From Tubulanus polymorphus (Eukaryota > Animalia > Nemertea), in NCBI RefSeq assembly GCF_964204645.1, contig NC_134027.1:14292485-14356484 (forward strand): 64,000 nt of DNA, in the 5' to 3' direction. Positions within the stretch are counted from its first letter, which is position 1, and the number at the start of each line of letters is the position of its first letter. The notes beneath the pieces were generated by a model. It saw only the letters and a list, made by a program, of their open reading frames with translations, did not search any database and was not told the DNA's origin. Position numbers and translations under genes: made by a program. Positions 35,771 to 48,199 of this stretch are shown here, piece after piece.

Positions 35771-36205
35771 ACGGAAGATAAAGTTGATAATATTGATATT
35801 ATTCCTCATGATATAAATAAAACTAAATTAAAAATATATTTAGAAAAACAAATATTAGAATTTGAAAGTGACTTAAAGATAAAAAAGAAAAAATATTTAA
35901 AAAGTAAAATTATATATTATTTGATTATAAGTGGTTCAGTTACAATTAGTTCTGTAATAACATTTTTAGCAATATTCATTCCATTAACACCTTTAGCTAT
36001 ATCAATTGGTGTGTTAGGATTATCATCAAGTGTATTAACTGGTATAAGTTCAAAATTAAATATAAAAAGTAATAAAGAAAAAATTAAAACTAATATAAAA
36101 GAAATTGATAAATTAAAGAACACACTACATTATATAATAAGTTTAAATGGTCATATAACAGTTGAAGAACAAGATAAATTATTAAAAGAATTAGTTAATT
36201 ATTGA
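35771..36205 (+). pseudogene. Two-TM protein; start mutated (TAAACG)
   Basis: In frame with ORF 35921..36205; homologue at 54158-54592. Confidence 0.6.
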
Positions 36206-36221
36206 TTTTTTAATTATATAA

Positions 36222-36938
36222 ATGGGGTTTCCAAAAGCTTTCCAATATAATAAATCAATTAAATATAATATTCCTGCAATAGATTTAAAAAAAAATATTA
36301 CATATAAAAATGTAGTTTTAAATTCATTAACTAATTTAGAAATTTATGTTACTGAATCACAGTTTTTTATTTCTAAAATGGAAAATATATTTAATAGATA
36401 TGAAGTTACTTTTACTCGAGATGAATATCATACATATAAAGTAAAATCTAATATGAAATATTGGCAGAATCAATTAAATTTTGCAGTTTATTGTGCAACA
36501 ACTGGTTGTGGTATAAGTTGGAATGATCATTTAAATAACTTAGATAAAAATTTGAAGTATTCTGATTTAAAATTAATTCACACAATATTTAGATTTCACA
36601 CATATTTTCAAATCAGAATAATATTAAATGAATTAGAATGTCCTTTACTCGGATCTAAATATTTTAAAGAATTGGATAATAATATTAATCTATCTAAGTT
36701 TTATAAAATATGTAATGAATTTAACATAAATATTAATTCCGATTTTAGAGCGCATGGTAAATTGCAAGGTGATGGTGAAGAGTATGAAATCAAAAGAATT
36801 GATTATATGCATAGAATTGGAGCTTATCATAATTATAAAATTGATAATAATAATGGTTGGGTTTATTTCATTTTAGAAAATGGTGAAGGTTTTACTAAAG
36901 CTGGTATACAAAGAATAAATCAATCTATTAGAACTTAT
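36222..36938 (+). pseudogene. 5' half of conserved protein (WQNQLNFAVYCATTGCG), interrupted at ...QSIRTY
   Basis: The homologue at 52777..53985 continues LICILGAQVETRSP, which here resumes at ~59013. Confidence 0.85.
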
Positions 36939-38370
36939 TAGGGTTTTCTGTTATTTCACAGAAAACCCTATTGATATCCGCGTGATTATTATTATTATTA
37001 TTATTTTCTTCCACACTATTTTTACCAAAAGAACATAGGCTTTGTTACCTTACCGCTGTTTCATATACAATCCATATAATATCGTTCAGCTCACTGAGAT
37101 CTACAAATAGCCCGCGTGTTTTTTCACGAATCATCGTTACAAAAGCGCTGTCGGGCCGTAAACATCGAAAATTTAGCCCCATTCAATGGGGCGACATGTC
37201 TTTCGAGTCGTCATCCCGAAATCAACCCGCAGGCCGACTGTCACTTCGATTATCAATTCAAGTATAAATGAACTAATTTATTGCCGCAGACTTCACATTC
37301 AGTCGCGGTCTTCAAACAGTGATTTTAACAATAGCCCATTTTCCTCATCTGATCATATTACCGATACACTGGAAATTTACTACTTTAGATTTTAAAAGTG
37401 TACTGTCGAGCCGTAAACATCGACGAATCGACGTGTGTTACTACATCGTCGTTCTGGGGATCAGCTGCGAGTTTCTCCTCATCATGAGAATCAAATCGAG
37501 TACAAATTAATTTATTACTACCAGTGATTTGGCTGCGGGTTTCAAGGAGTTAGTTTAACAATACCTATTTTTCTTTACCGAATTAACCGTGTATTTACTA
37601 AGATAAATCTTTAGTGTACCGAGGAATCGTAGGCCTAAACTAAACACGTCGAAGAGATATAGCGGAGAAAAGCTGTTATGTCGACGAAGAATCAAAATAA
37701 AAGAATATATTACTTTATTCGGCCGCGGGCTTCAAACTCTATATCAATACCATCAATACTCTATATTTCCTACAGTACATACCGATCATTGTCAAATGCA
37801 CAAGGTATTTACTGAAAACAAGTATATAACACTCCTTTCCGTATGCTGGACTCACACTTGACATTCGGAGTAAGCGTTCGCTGTGGGGGAAAGGAGATCG
37901 TTCGCTGTGTCGCTTGAAGTGTTTATCGAGTTTTACGCGGCTTTAGGCCTACCGGTACTGAGCTTTACTTAACAAACACAGTATAATTGTTGCGTTTAGT
38001 AACGGACTCATTGGATTGAACTTCAAAACAAAATTTACGATATTTAGGTGGGTTGTTATTCAATAGGCCTACGACCAATCTGTCCAGATTTTAGGCCTAC
38101 GCATATACGTAGGCCTACATAGGCTAGTAGCCTCTACTAGGTTAAAGCTAAGTTCACTGTAAAGGAGGAATCATGATTTATTAAAATGCGTGTTAATTAG
38201 TGATTAACTGGTTGTGACTTGCAACGATCAATCACAATTATCAATTTTATTGCCAAAAATGAAGATTTTTTTGAAAATTTCGTCTGAGCAGACAGCTTTA
38301 TAAGCCAGACTTTTCATTTGAGTTTTTTCATCATAAATGAAACTGGTATTTCATTAATTTCTTATGATTT

Positions 38371-38692
38371 AAGCAGGGCGTAGGTCGGCCTTGCGACGGC
38401 TTTTGATTCACTGCGACGCCTATCACTGCGACCGCCAGCGACGATTGTGTCGCAACGACTCATCGACCTACGCTCCCTTGCGACGGGTTGCGACTTTCAG
38501 CAACGCCAGTCACAAGGGAGTCGCACGTGTTCTACTTTCTGCGACGCGACACAACCAACCGACGTGCTTTTGCGACTGGCAGAAACTAGTCGCACACAGT
38601 CGCTGACAATCGTATCGCAACCGACTTGCACCGAAACTTGCGATGCAATGCGAGGATTGCATCGCGTCACAAGGCTGACCTACGTCCGGCTT
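38371..38692. mobile_element. MITE with ~28-bp imperfect TIRs
   Basis: AAGCAGGGCGTAGGTCGGCCTTGCGACG ... CGTCACAAGGCTGACCTACGTCCGGCTT, flanked by TTAA-like sequence. Confidence 0.65.
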
Positions 38693-39207
38693 TAAAGTTA
38701 CTGCGGAGCCCCAGAAATATCTTTTTTTTCGTTCAAAAGACCTTTCGCTTGAAAATTCTTTTGTCGGAACAAAATTTATTTCGTTCCAACCAATAATATT
38801 CTGTTCGATTGAACCAATTCGAAAAAAACGTTAGAACAAAGTTGAACAAACTTTTTTTTGTCCAAACGAAAGGTTTTTTGTTCGAACAATTGTTCGATTG
38901 AACAGAATCCTTTGAATTTGATCAGAATTTTCTTTTCAGAACATTAAGTTTTTCGTTCGAACAAGTATATTGTAAAAAGTTTTTTCTCCGAACCAAAAGT
39001 ATTAAGTATTTCGTTCAACCGAACAGAATTGTTTTCATTCAAACATTCGTTCGAAAAAATTGTTTTCGCTCAACCAAATTTTTTTGCCGGAACAAAATGT
39101 TTTTCATTTCAACAATAACAAAGCTTTCAGAACGAAGAAAAGTTTTGGTTCAAACAAAAAGCGTACAAGATTTTCTTGTCGGATCATTAAGTTTTTTGGT
39201 CGAACAG

Positions 39208-42200
39208 CAATTCACCATTTTGGTTTTGTCGCCCGCGACAATTCACCATTTTGGTTTTGTCACCCGCGACAATTCATTATTTTGGTTTTATCGCCCGCGA
39301 CAATTCATTATTTTGGTCTTATCGCCCGCGACAATTCATTATTTTGGTTTTGTTGCCCCGACAATTCTTTTTTTGGTTTTTTCGCCCGCGACAATTCATT
39401 AGTCTGGTTTTGTCGCCCGCGACAATTCAATATTTTGGTTTTGTCGCCTGCGACAATTCATTACTTTGGTTTTATCTCCAGCGACAATTCATTACTTTGG
39501 TTTTGTCGCCCGCGACAATTCTTCTTTTTGGTTTTGTCGCCCGCGACAATTCAATATTTTGGTTTTGTGGCCCGCAACAATTCATTATTTCGGTTTAATC
39601 GCCCGCGACAATTCAATATTTTGGTTTTATCGCCCGCGATAATTCATTATTTTGGTTTTATCGCCCGCGACAATTCATTATTTTGGTTTTGTCGCCCGAA
39701 ACAATTCATCATTTTGGTTTTATCGCCCGCGACAATTCATTATTTTGGTTTTGTCGCCCGCGACAATTCACCATTTTGGTTTTGTCGCCCGCGACAATTC
39801 ACCATTTTGGTTTTGTCGCCCGCGACAATTCATTATTTCGATTTTGTTGCCCCCACAATTCTTTTTTTGGTTTTGTCGCCCGCGACAATTCATTAGTTTG
39901 GTTTTGTCGCCCGCGACAATTCAATATTTTGGTTTTGTCGACCGCGACAATTCATTATTTTGGTTTTGTCGACCGCGACAATTCAATATTTTGGTTTTGT
40001 CGCCCGCGAAAATTCAATATTTTGGTTTTATCGCCCACGACAATTCACAACTTTGGTTTTATCGCCAGCGACAATTCATTATTTTGGTTTTGTCGACCGC
40101 GACAATTCAATATTTTGGTTTTGTCGCCCGCGAAAATTCAATATTTTGGTTTTATCGCCCGCGAAAATTCAATATTTTGGTTTTATCGCCCACGACAATT
40201 CACTACTTTGGTTTTATCACCAGCGACAATTCATTATTTTGGTTTTGTCGACCGCGACAATTTTTCTTTTTGGTTTTGTCGCCCGCGACAATTCATTATT
40301 TTGGTTTTGTTGCCCGCGACAATTCACCATTTTTGTTTTGTCGCCCGCGATAATTCACCATTTCGGTTTTGTCACCCGATACAATTCACCATTTTGGTTT
40401 TGTCACCCGCGACAATTCATTATTTTGGTTTTATCGCTGGCGACAATTCATTATTTTGGTTTTGTCGCCTGCGACAATTCATTACTTTGGTTTTATCTCC
40501 AGCGACAATTCATTACTTTGGTTTTGTCGCCCGCGACAATTCTTCTTTTTGGTTTTGTCGCCCGCGACAATTCAATATTTTGGTTTTGTGGCCCGCAACA
40601 ATTCATTATTTCGGTTTAATCGCCCGCGACAATTCAATATTTTGGTTTTATCGCCCGCGATAATTCATTATTTTGGTTTTATCGCCCGCGACAATTCATT
40701 ATTTTGGTTTTGTCGCCCGAAACAATTCATCATTTTGGTTTTATCGCCCGCGACAATTCATTATTTTGGTTTTGTCGCCCGCGACAATTCACCATTTTGG
40801 TTTTGTCGCCCGCGACAATTCACCATTTTGGTTTTGTCGCCCGCGACAATTCATTATTTCGATTTTGTTGCCCCCACAATTCTTTTTTTGGTTTTGTCGC
40901 CCGCGACAATTCATTAGTTTGGTTTTGTCGCCCGCGACAATTCAATATTTTGGTTTTGTCGACCGCGACAATTCATTATTTTGGTTTTGTCGACCGCGAC
41001 AATTCAATATTTTGGTTTTGTCGCCCGCGAAAATTCAATATTTTGGTTTTATCGCCCACGACAATTCACAACTTTGGTTTTATCGCCAGCGACAATTCAT
41101 TATTTTGGTTTTGTCGACCGCGACAATTTTTCTTTTTGGTTTCGTCGCCCGCGACAATTCATTATTTTGGTTTTGTCGCCCGACCATTCTTTTTTTGGTT
41201 TTTTCGCCCGCGACAATTCATTAGTCTGGTTTTGTCGCCCGCGACAATTCAATATTTTGGATTTGTCGCCCGCGACAATTCAATATTTTGGTTTTGTCGC
41301 CTGCGACAATTCATTACTTTGGTTTTATCTCCAGCGACAATTCATCATTTTGGTTTTGTCGCCCCGACAATTCTTTTTTTGGTTTTGTTGCCCGCGACAA
41401 TTCAATAGTCTGGTTTTATCGCCCGCGACAATTCATTATTTTGGTTTTGTCGCCCCGACAATTCTTTTTTTGGTTTTGTTGCCCGCGACAATTCAATAGT
41501 CTGGTTTTGTCGCCCGCGACAATTCAATATTTTGGATTTGTCGCCCGCGACAATTCTTTTTTTGGTTTTGTTGCCCGCGACAATTCAATAGTCTGGTTTT
41601 ATCGCCCGTGACAATTCATTATTTTGGTTTTGTCGCCCCGACAATTCTTTTTTTGGTTTTGTTGCCCGCGACAATTCGATAGTCTGGTTTTGTCGCCCGC
41701 GACAATTCAATATTTTGGATTTGTCGCCCGCGACAATTCAATATTTTGGTTTTGTCGCCTGCGACAATTCATCACCTTGGTTTTATCTCCAGCGACAATT
41801 CATTATTTTGGTTTTGTCGCCCGCGGCAATTCTTCTTTTTGGTTTTGTCGCCCGCGACAATTCATTATTTTGGTTTTATATTTTGTTTTAGTCGCCTGCG
41901 ACAATTTTTTTTGGTTTTGTCGCCCGCGCCAATTCAATATTTTGGTTTTGTCGCCCGCCACAATTCATTATTTTGGTTTAATCGCCCGCGACAATTCAAT
42001 ATTTTGGTTTTATCGCCCACGATAATTCATTATTTTGGTTTTATCGCCCGCGACAATTCATTATTTTGGTTTTGTCGCCCGAGACAATTCATCATTTTGG
42101 TTTTATCACCCGCGACAATTCATTATTTTGGTTTTGTCGCCCTCGACAATTCACCATTTTGGTTTTGTCGCCTGGACAATTCACCATTTTGGTTTTGTCG

Positions 42201-42680
42201 CCCGCGACAATTCATTATTTCGGTTTTGTTGCCCCCACGATTCTTTTTATGGTTTTGTCGCCCGCGACAATTCATTAGTTTGGTTTCGTCGCCCGCGACA
42301 ATTCAATATTTTGGTTTTATCGCCCACGACAATTCATTACTTTGGTTTTATCTCCAGCGACAATTCATTAGTTTGGTTTTGTCGCCCGCGACAATTCTTC
42401 TTTTGGTTTTGACGCCCGCGACAATTCATTATTTTCGTTTTATATTTTGTTTTTGTCGTCCGCGACAATTTTGTTTTTTTGGTTTTGTCGCCCGCGACAA
42501 TTCATTATTTTGGTTTTATCGCCCGCGACAATTCAATATTTTGGTTTTATCGCCCGCGATAATTCATTATTTTGGTTTTATTGCCCGCGACAATTCATTA
42601 TTTTGGTTTTGTCGCACGAGACAATTCATTATTTTGGTTTTATCGCCCGCGACAATTCATTATTTTGGTTTTGTCGCCCG
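39208..42680 (-). repeat. 31-bp satellite, inverted relative to 1728-16815
   Basis: Same unit and variants; contains a ~1021-bp internal duplication. Confidence 0.97.
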
Positions 42681-43019
42681 AAGAAAATTTTGAAGACGCT
42701 TTTATCAATTACCTTGATCTTTCGTTTATATTTGAATCTACCAAAGGCCCATCAGCATAAGAAAATTGGGTCGATCTGACTCAACATGGCCGTCCTATGA
42801 CCTTTTTAGTGCCCAAAAATGTCAATTTTGGCCAGAATTCTAGGTCCTGTAGCTTCCTACTGGTTTGCCATTTCTCATTGCAATTGCTGATGGATATTCT
42901 TTAGAGAGGGATGTTTTATACCTGGGACAGGTATTTTTGATCAGCCAATTATGACGCAATTGGCGGCCATCTTGATGTCATCAGTACTCATTCGTAGGTG
43001 GGAAAAAGTTTTTCCACAA

Positions 43020-43770
43020 TTAATTGATACCTAAGCATATTGTGCTACTATATTCAATTGGAAAGTTGTAGCCCATAACGTGTTCTATGATTTTGGTGAG
43101 TTTCGAGGTCATTGGTTTTTGTATGTGGCCATCAGGGGGCGTTGAATAATACAATAACTTAGTATCGCTAAATTATATTTGTACCAAGGCATATTTTGTT
43201 ACCATGATCAATGGCAAAGTTGTAGTTCATGACATCGTCTATGATTGTGGTGAGTTTGTAAGGACATTAGTTATTCCATATAGTCACCAGGAGGCGTTGA
43301 ATAGTAGAAAAGCTTAGTATTTCCTTATTAGATTGGTACCTAGGCATAGTTTGTTACCATGATCCATTGCAAAGTTGTAGTTCATGACATCGTCTATGAT
43401 TGTGGTGAGTTTTTAAGGACATTAGTTATTCCATATAGTCACCAGGGGGCGCTGAATAGTTGAATGGCTTAGTATTTCCTTATTAGATTGGTACCTAGGC
43501 ATATTTTGTTACTATGATCAATTGCAAAGTTGTATTTCATGACATGTACTACGATTGTGGTGAGTTTTAAGGTCATTGGGTTTTGCATATGGTCACCAGG
43601 GGTCGTTGAATAGTAGAATAACTTAGTATTTCCATATTAAATTGGTAACGAGGCATATTTTGTGATCACAATCAATTACAAAATCATAGCTGCTCACATG
43701 TTCTATGATTGTGGTGGGTTTCAAGGTCATTGGTTTTTGTATATGGTCACTAGAGGGCGTTATGTATTGA
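43020..43770 (+). repeat. ~155-bp tandem repeat (5 units) in a nested element (~42681-43836) ending in hairpins + CTAGT
   Basis: AAAGTTGTA at 43062, 43216, 43371, 43526. Each unit has a CACCAGGGGGCG-like motif. 3' end TGCTCAagTGAGCA...GTCCctGGAC..CTAGT. Confidence 0.8.
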
Positions 43771-43836
43771 AATTGTTAGATTGTTGAGCATTTGAAACCA
43801 CTGCTCAAGTGAGCATGGTGTCCCTGGACCCCTAGT

Positions 43837-44128
43837 TTGGTTTTGTCGCCCGCGATTATTCATTATTTTGGTTTTGTCGCACGCAACAATTCAATAGTTT
43901 GTTTTTGTCGTATGCGACAATTCATTATTTTGGTTTTATCGCCCGCAACAATTCAATATTTTGGTTTTAACGCCCGCGACAATTCATTATTGTGGTTTTA
44001 TCGCCCGCGACAATTCATTATTTTGGTTTTATCGCCCGCGACAATTCATTATTTTTGTTTTGTCGCCCGTGACAATTCATTATTTTGGTTTTGTCACCCG
44101 CGACAATTCATAATTTTGGTTTTGTCGG
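43837..44128 (-). repeat. 31-bp satellite, short diverged continuation
   Basis: Same unit, about 9 copies. Confidence 0.93.
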
Positions 44129-44184
44129 AACATTAAGTTTTTGGTCGAATAGTGTGTTAAGGTTGTTTTGGAAATTTACTCGGT

Positions 44185-44450
44185 CTGGTATATTTTGGAT
44201 TACTGTGTATGTCATTTGTCAGGACATTAACCAGAAGACGACTTAGGATACTACCTTGCGTGACTCCACTAGTTAGACCGTCCCATTCCAAGATGAGGCG
44301 TTCCGTTGATTTCGGTAACAAGTTTCCGTTCAGAGATAACTGCTGTGCCATTTGGGCGACCTATCATTGACACTGTTTCCTAATAGCCTGTTCAGTAATG
44401 GCTGATGTTGAGCCTTATCAAATGCTTTGTTGAAATCCACCGTTGAACAG
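44185..44450 (-). pseudogene. CR1/L2-type RT fragment
   Basis: VDFNKAFDKAQHQPLLNRL and LTSGVTQGSILSRLLVNVLTNDI (resembles GVPQGSVLGPLLF..IND). Confidence 0.7.
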
Positions 44451-44496
44451 GATTCTAAGACTGTGCAGAAAACCCGTTATCGCTGCTTTGCAGCCA

Positions 44497-44964
44497 AGTA
44501 ATAGGGGTAATGGGCTTTCAGATCAAAGGTCGAACGGTCGAGCTCATTAAAAAACAAATATTAAAAGTAATTTAAAACTATAATATATTTTCATAACCGT
44601 GTGCATTTTATATTATAACTAAATATTTATTCTAAGATATTAATAATTTGAATTTTAAAAGCATATTGTATTAAATCAATTGGTCGCTCCACTTCGCTAC
44701 CGCTCCGCTCCGCGACCAATTGATTTATTTATAATACACAAATTCATATAATCAAATATATTCAAATAATAATAATTATTCTATTATTCAACTGAAATAC
44801 ACACGGTTATGAAAATATATTATAGTTTTAAATTACTTTTAATATTTGTTTTTAATGAACTCGACCATTCAACCTTTAACCTGAAAGCCCATTACCCCTA
44901 TTACTCTTAAAATATTCATATACATGAATAACATTTAAATTGACAGATTATTCAATATAAAAGT
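44497..44964. repeat. Left TIR containing a 409-bp fold-back palindrome (44497-44905)
   Basis: Reverse complement of 58534-59002; central 16-bp perfect stem 44672-44687/44712-44727. Confidence 0.93.
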
Positions 44965-44995
44965 GTAAGCTCTTATAGAATAGATTTATAAATAG

Positions 44996-45514
44996 TTATT
45001 TTATAAATTTATATTCATATGGAAATTGTAGTCTCAGTAATAATTTTGAACCTTTATTGTAGAATAAAACTAGAAATCTTATATTCTCCCTAAAGTCTTT
45101 AACAATTGAATTATATTTTTGATTTAAAACCCATGTTGTTATCCCAAAATGTCTTCCAGAGAAAGCTAGATAACATAACTCACTTTCTCTCACTTTTGAA
45201 TCATGTACATTTGCGCAATCATCTACAATGAATAATGTATTTGATCCTTTATAAGTATCAATTGCTATTTTAATACAACTATCTAAATTTTCTTTTACTG
45301 TTTTAGAATTTAATATAATAAACTTTTTTATCTTAACTATATCTCTATTATATGTTTTATTCATTTCATAAGTAGGACAGAATATTATTATATTATCAAA
45401 ATGATTCTTATAAATAGTTTCTAACAAATCTAATATGAAATGTGTTTTACCACAATTGGTTACTCCAGTAACTAACATATTATGCGGTTCAAATATAAAT
45501 AAATCTTTATTCAT
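44996..45514 (-). CDS. A32/FtsK-like packaging ATPase (possibly shortened)
   Basis: GVTNCGKT, LFIVDD, SGRHFGI. Confidence 0.85.
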   Translation of the reverse strand: MNKDLFIFEPHNMLVTGVTNCGKTHFILDLLETIYKNHFDNIIIFCPTYEMNKTYNRDIVKIKKFIILNSKTVKENLDSCIKIAIDTYKGSNTLFIVDDCANVHDSKVRESELCYLAFSGRHFGITTWVLNQKYNSIVKDFRENIRFLVLFYNKGSKLLLRLQFPYEYKFIK

Positions 45515-46617
45515 TTATTCTTTTAATTTTACTAGATAAAATCCATTCATTAAATTTATCATCATACCCTTTATATTTCACCAAAGAATACTTTTTTCCT
45601 TTTGTTTTTGTTTTCAATACTTTTTCTATTTTGTATTCTATTTCCTCTGGATTTGGTACAAGTGACAATTCTTGTTCATAGAAATAACCTAATATTTCTT
45701 CATCTTTTAAATCTTCTAATTTATAAACAAATGGTTTAGTTAATATTATCTTTTTAATCTTGAATATTTCTTCTGTGAAATTTGGGGTATAACCTTTATA
45801 AAATGTTTTTCTATATTTAGATATTCTTACGTGTTGTCCATTTTTAAATTTAGGTTCTCCGAAATCATGTGTAACAAATGCTCCATATAAATTATTCCAA
45901 ACTATTTCCGAATTATCTTCTTTTCTAGCTTGTATAGGTTTCATATTTATAGAACTATGTTTAGAATTATTATAACCTTTCACTAAATCATCTAATACAT
46001 CGATATATTTATATGTTTCATTAGCAGTAAAATATTTCCACATTCTAGTTTTCAATGTTTTATTAAATCTTTCTATAATAGATGCTTTTTTATCTGAGTG
46101 TGTTGAAAAATAGTCTTCATCGTTATCAGATAATAGTTTTTTTTAAATGTTTATTATAAAATTCCTTACCTTCATCAAATTGTATCTTATCTGGAATAGC
46201 TTCTTCAAATATATTCTTAAAAGCATTTGTCACTTCTATACCAGTTTTATTTCTGATTGGAATAGACCATGCGTATCTACTGAATATATCTATAACATTC
46301 AGTATCCAGAAATATCCTTTGTTGTATTCTTCTAAGTTCTTCATGTCAATTAAATCTGCTTGCCATTGTTGATCAATATATGAAACCATAACTTTTCTTG
46401 TTAAATAAGTTTTATCCATTTTCTTGTGGATTTGATATGTGGGTTGATTTTGTAACCATGATTTCAATTCACTATATTTTATATCACCATGTGGGTGCCG
46501 TACGGCACCATTTTCCTTATCAGATTTAATTTTATTCCATAATTCTGAAACGTTAGAATATGATACTTCACTTTCTGGGTTATAATATAACTCTCTTAAA
46601 TATTGTTCTTTTTTCAT
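45507..46617 (-). pseudogene. rve integrase + chromodomain, frameshifted
   Basis: WQADLIDM...IDIFSRYAW...IQFDEGKEF / ...YSLVKYKGYDDKFNEW. Confidence 0.9.
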
Positions 46618-46623
46618 CTTATT

Positions 46624-46992
46624 TTAATCCATTAATAATAATTTAGACTTAGTTTCAATGACTTTATGATTTGACTTATCTTCTGGTATAATAGGTTTAT
46701 TGTCATTGGAATCATCTTTATCATCAGATTTGAATTTTGATTTATATATTACACCGGATAATATAATAACTGTTACTAATCCAATTGTAATATATAATTT
46801 ATAATTACTTCCAGCATTAGAAGAACCAGATGGATTATCATTCGAATCAATATCAGATAAAGTCTGTGATTCATTTATATCAGTTAATTTCTTTTTCTTA
46901 GCTCTTTTTAATTCTGAAGATCTTTTACCTAATTCTCTTGCCCATTTAATTTGTTTCTCGGATCTAGCCTTTTTCTTAACTCCATCACTCAT
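46624..46992 (-). CDS. Basic N-terminus, single-TM hypothetical protein
   Basis: TAAATG start, intact ORF, TM segment LYITIGLVTVIILSGVIY. Confidence 0.6.
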   Translation of the reverse strand: MSDGVKKKARSEKQIKWARELGKRSSELKRAKKKKLTDINESQTLSDIDSNDNPSGSSNAGSNYKLYITIGLVTVIILSGVIYKSKFKSDDKDDSNDNKPIIPEDKSNHKVIETKSKLLLMD

Positions 46993-47587
46993 TTATTTTA
47001 GTTAATTTTTGTTCTGATTCATTTTCTGTTTCGCCGTTTGGTTGCAGTACATCTGTTTCGTTCTTACCTGATTTATATTCCATAGGTTTGATGTTCGAAA
47101 ATGTTATGACGCCAGTAGAAATTAATGTCATAACCGATCCTAATTGAAATGAAGCATAACCAACCCATTTTTGTAATTCAGTCATAACTAAGTAGTCATT
47201 TTTCAAATCACTATATAATTTATTTTCATCATTAATTGGTATTAACTGGTTACATAACTTAGAAAAACATTTGACAATACCATCTGAAATAGAATCATTT
47301 ATTCTAGCTAATCTAGCTTCTTCATAAATCTTAAAATATTTTATTACTTTATCGGGTTTCATAGCATCTAGTTCTTGATAAGTTAAAATTTTTCCTAAGA
47401 AATCCTTAGATTTCCCGCCAGCAATTAATAATTGAAGATGATACTTACAATATAAATAGTATTCATAATCAATATTGTTATTAACTTGAATAGAATTAGA
47501 AACAACTGTATCTTTATTATCACTTATACCCAAATCATCTAATGTTTTTTCAATATCAATACTATTCTTATTAGATTTCTTTGACAT
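46985..47587 (-). CDS. Hypothetical Polinton protein, 200 aa
   Basis: TAAATG start, intact ORF in an operon-like run. Confidence 0.65.
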   Translation of the reverse strand: MSKKSNKNSIDIEKTLDDLGISDNKDTVVSNSIQVNNNIDYEYYLYCKYHLQLLIAGGKSKDFLGKILTYQELDAMKPDKVIKYFKIYEEARLARINDSISDGIVKCFSKLCNQLIPINDENKLYSDLKNDYLVMTELQKWVGYASFQLGSVMTLISTGVITFSNIKPMEYKSGKNETDVLQPNGETENESEQKLTKINE

Positions 47588-48199
47588 TTATATTAGAGAA
47601 ATTTAATAAGAAAAATATTATAAGTATTCTGATACTAGATAGTTAAAGTTAAAGAATTCTAGTATTGACTTCTGATACTATCTATTTGAATTTAAAGAAT
47701 TTCTATTTTAATCTATTCAAAATATAAAGTATTCTCTTTTGAAAAGAAAGTATTAAAAATATAATGGAATTCACTAGCTAGTTGAAGTTATTGTTTTTTA
47801 AATACTTTTTATTTAAATTAGGATTTAGATTATCTCACTACTATTGTTTATCTATAGGAGCAGTAACTATAACTGTCCAGATAAGTCATTTCGGATTCTT
47901 GATAATAAATCCTAAAACTGAAAATAAATTCAAAGAAACGACTGGTGGAAATACTATTTCATAAACACACATATATTTTATTCTACAATCATTATCGATT
48001 TCCACATTCCAAGCCGCTCCTGAGAGGAGCGGTAAGGTATGCGTGGAATGCAGGAATCAATAAAGTACAATACAACATCTGTCAATGTGTGTCATTAACA
48101 ACAGCTTAATGACGCAATTGAAATTCCGACAAACGTAATGCATTGGAAGCCTATACAGTATGGCTAAACTGCTACAGTCTCATGAGTTGAAATATCCAT

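Larger units (their letters stand above)
29373..36938 (+). mobile_element. AT-rich Polinton B (first part; continues as D at 59012)
   Basis: TIR remnant at 29373-29436 matches the inner arm of C's terminus. Gene order is collinear with C. Confidence 0.9.
36939..44496 (+). mobile_element. Non-autonomous Helentron/HINE-like composite element (last bases displaced to 59003-59011)
   Basis: Head TAGGGTTTTCTG..CAGAAAACCCTATTG + (ATT)n; tail CAGAAAACCC..GCTGCtttGCAGC. Inserted at a T-run with no long TSD. Contains internal tandem arrays. Confidence 0.7.

Noticed and set aside
644-38131. 1.1-kb inverted repeat as TIRs of one giant element
   Set aside because: Both copies are internal to HINE-like elements, the flanking order differs, and there are no terminal motifs or TSD.
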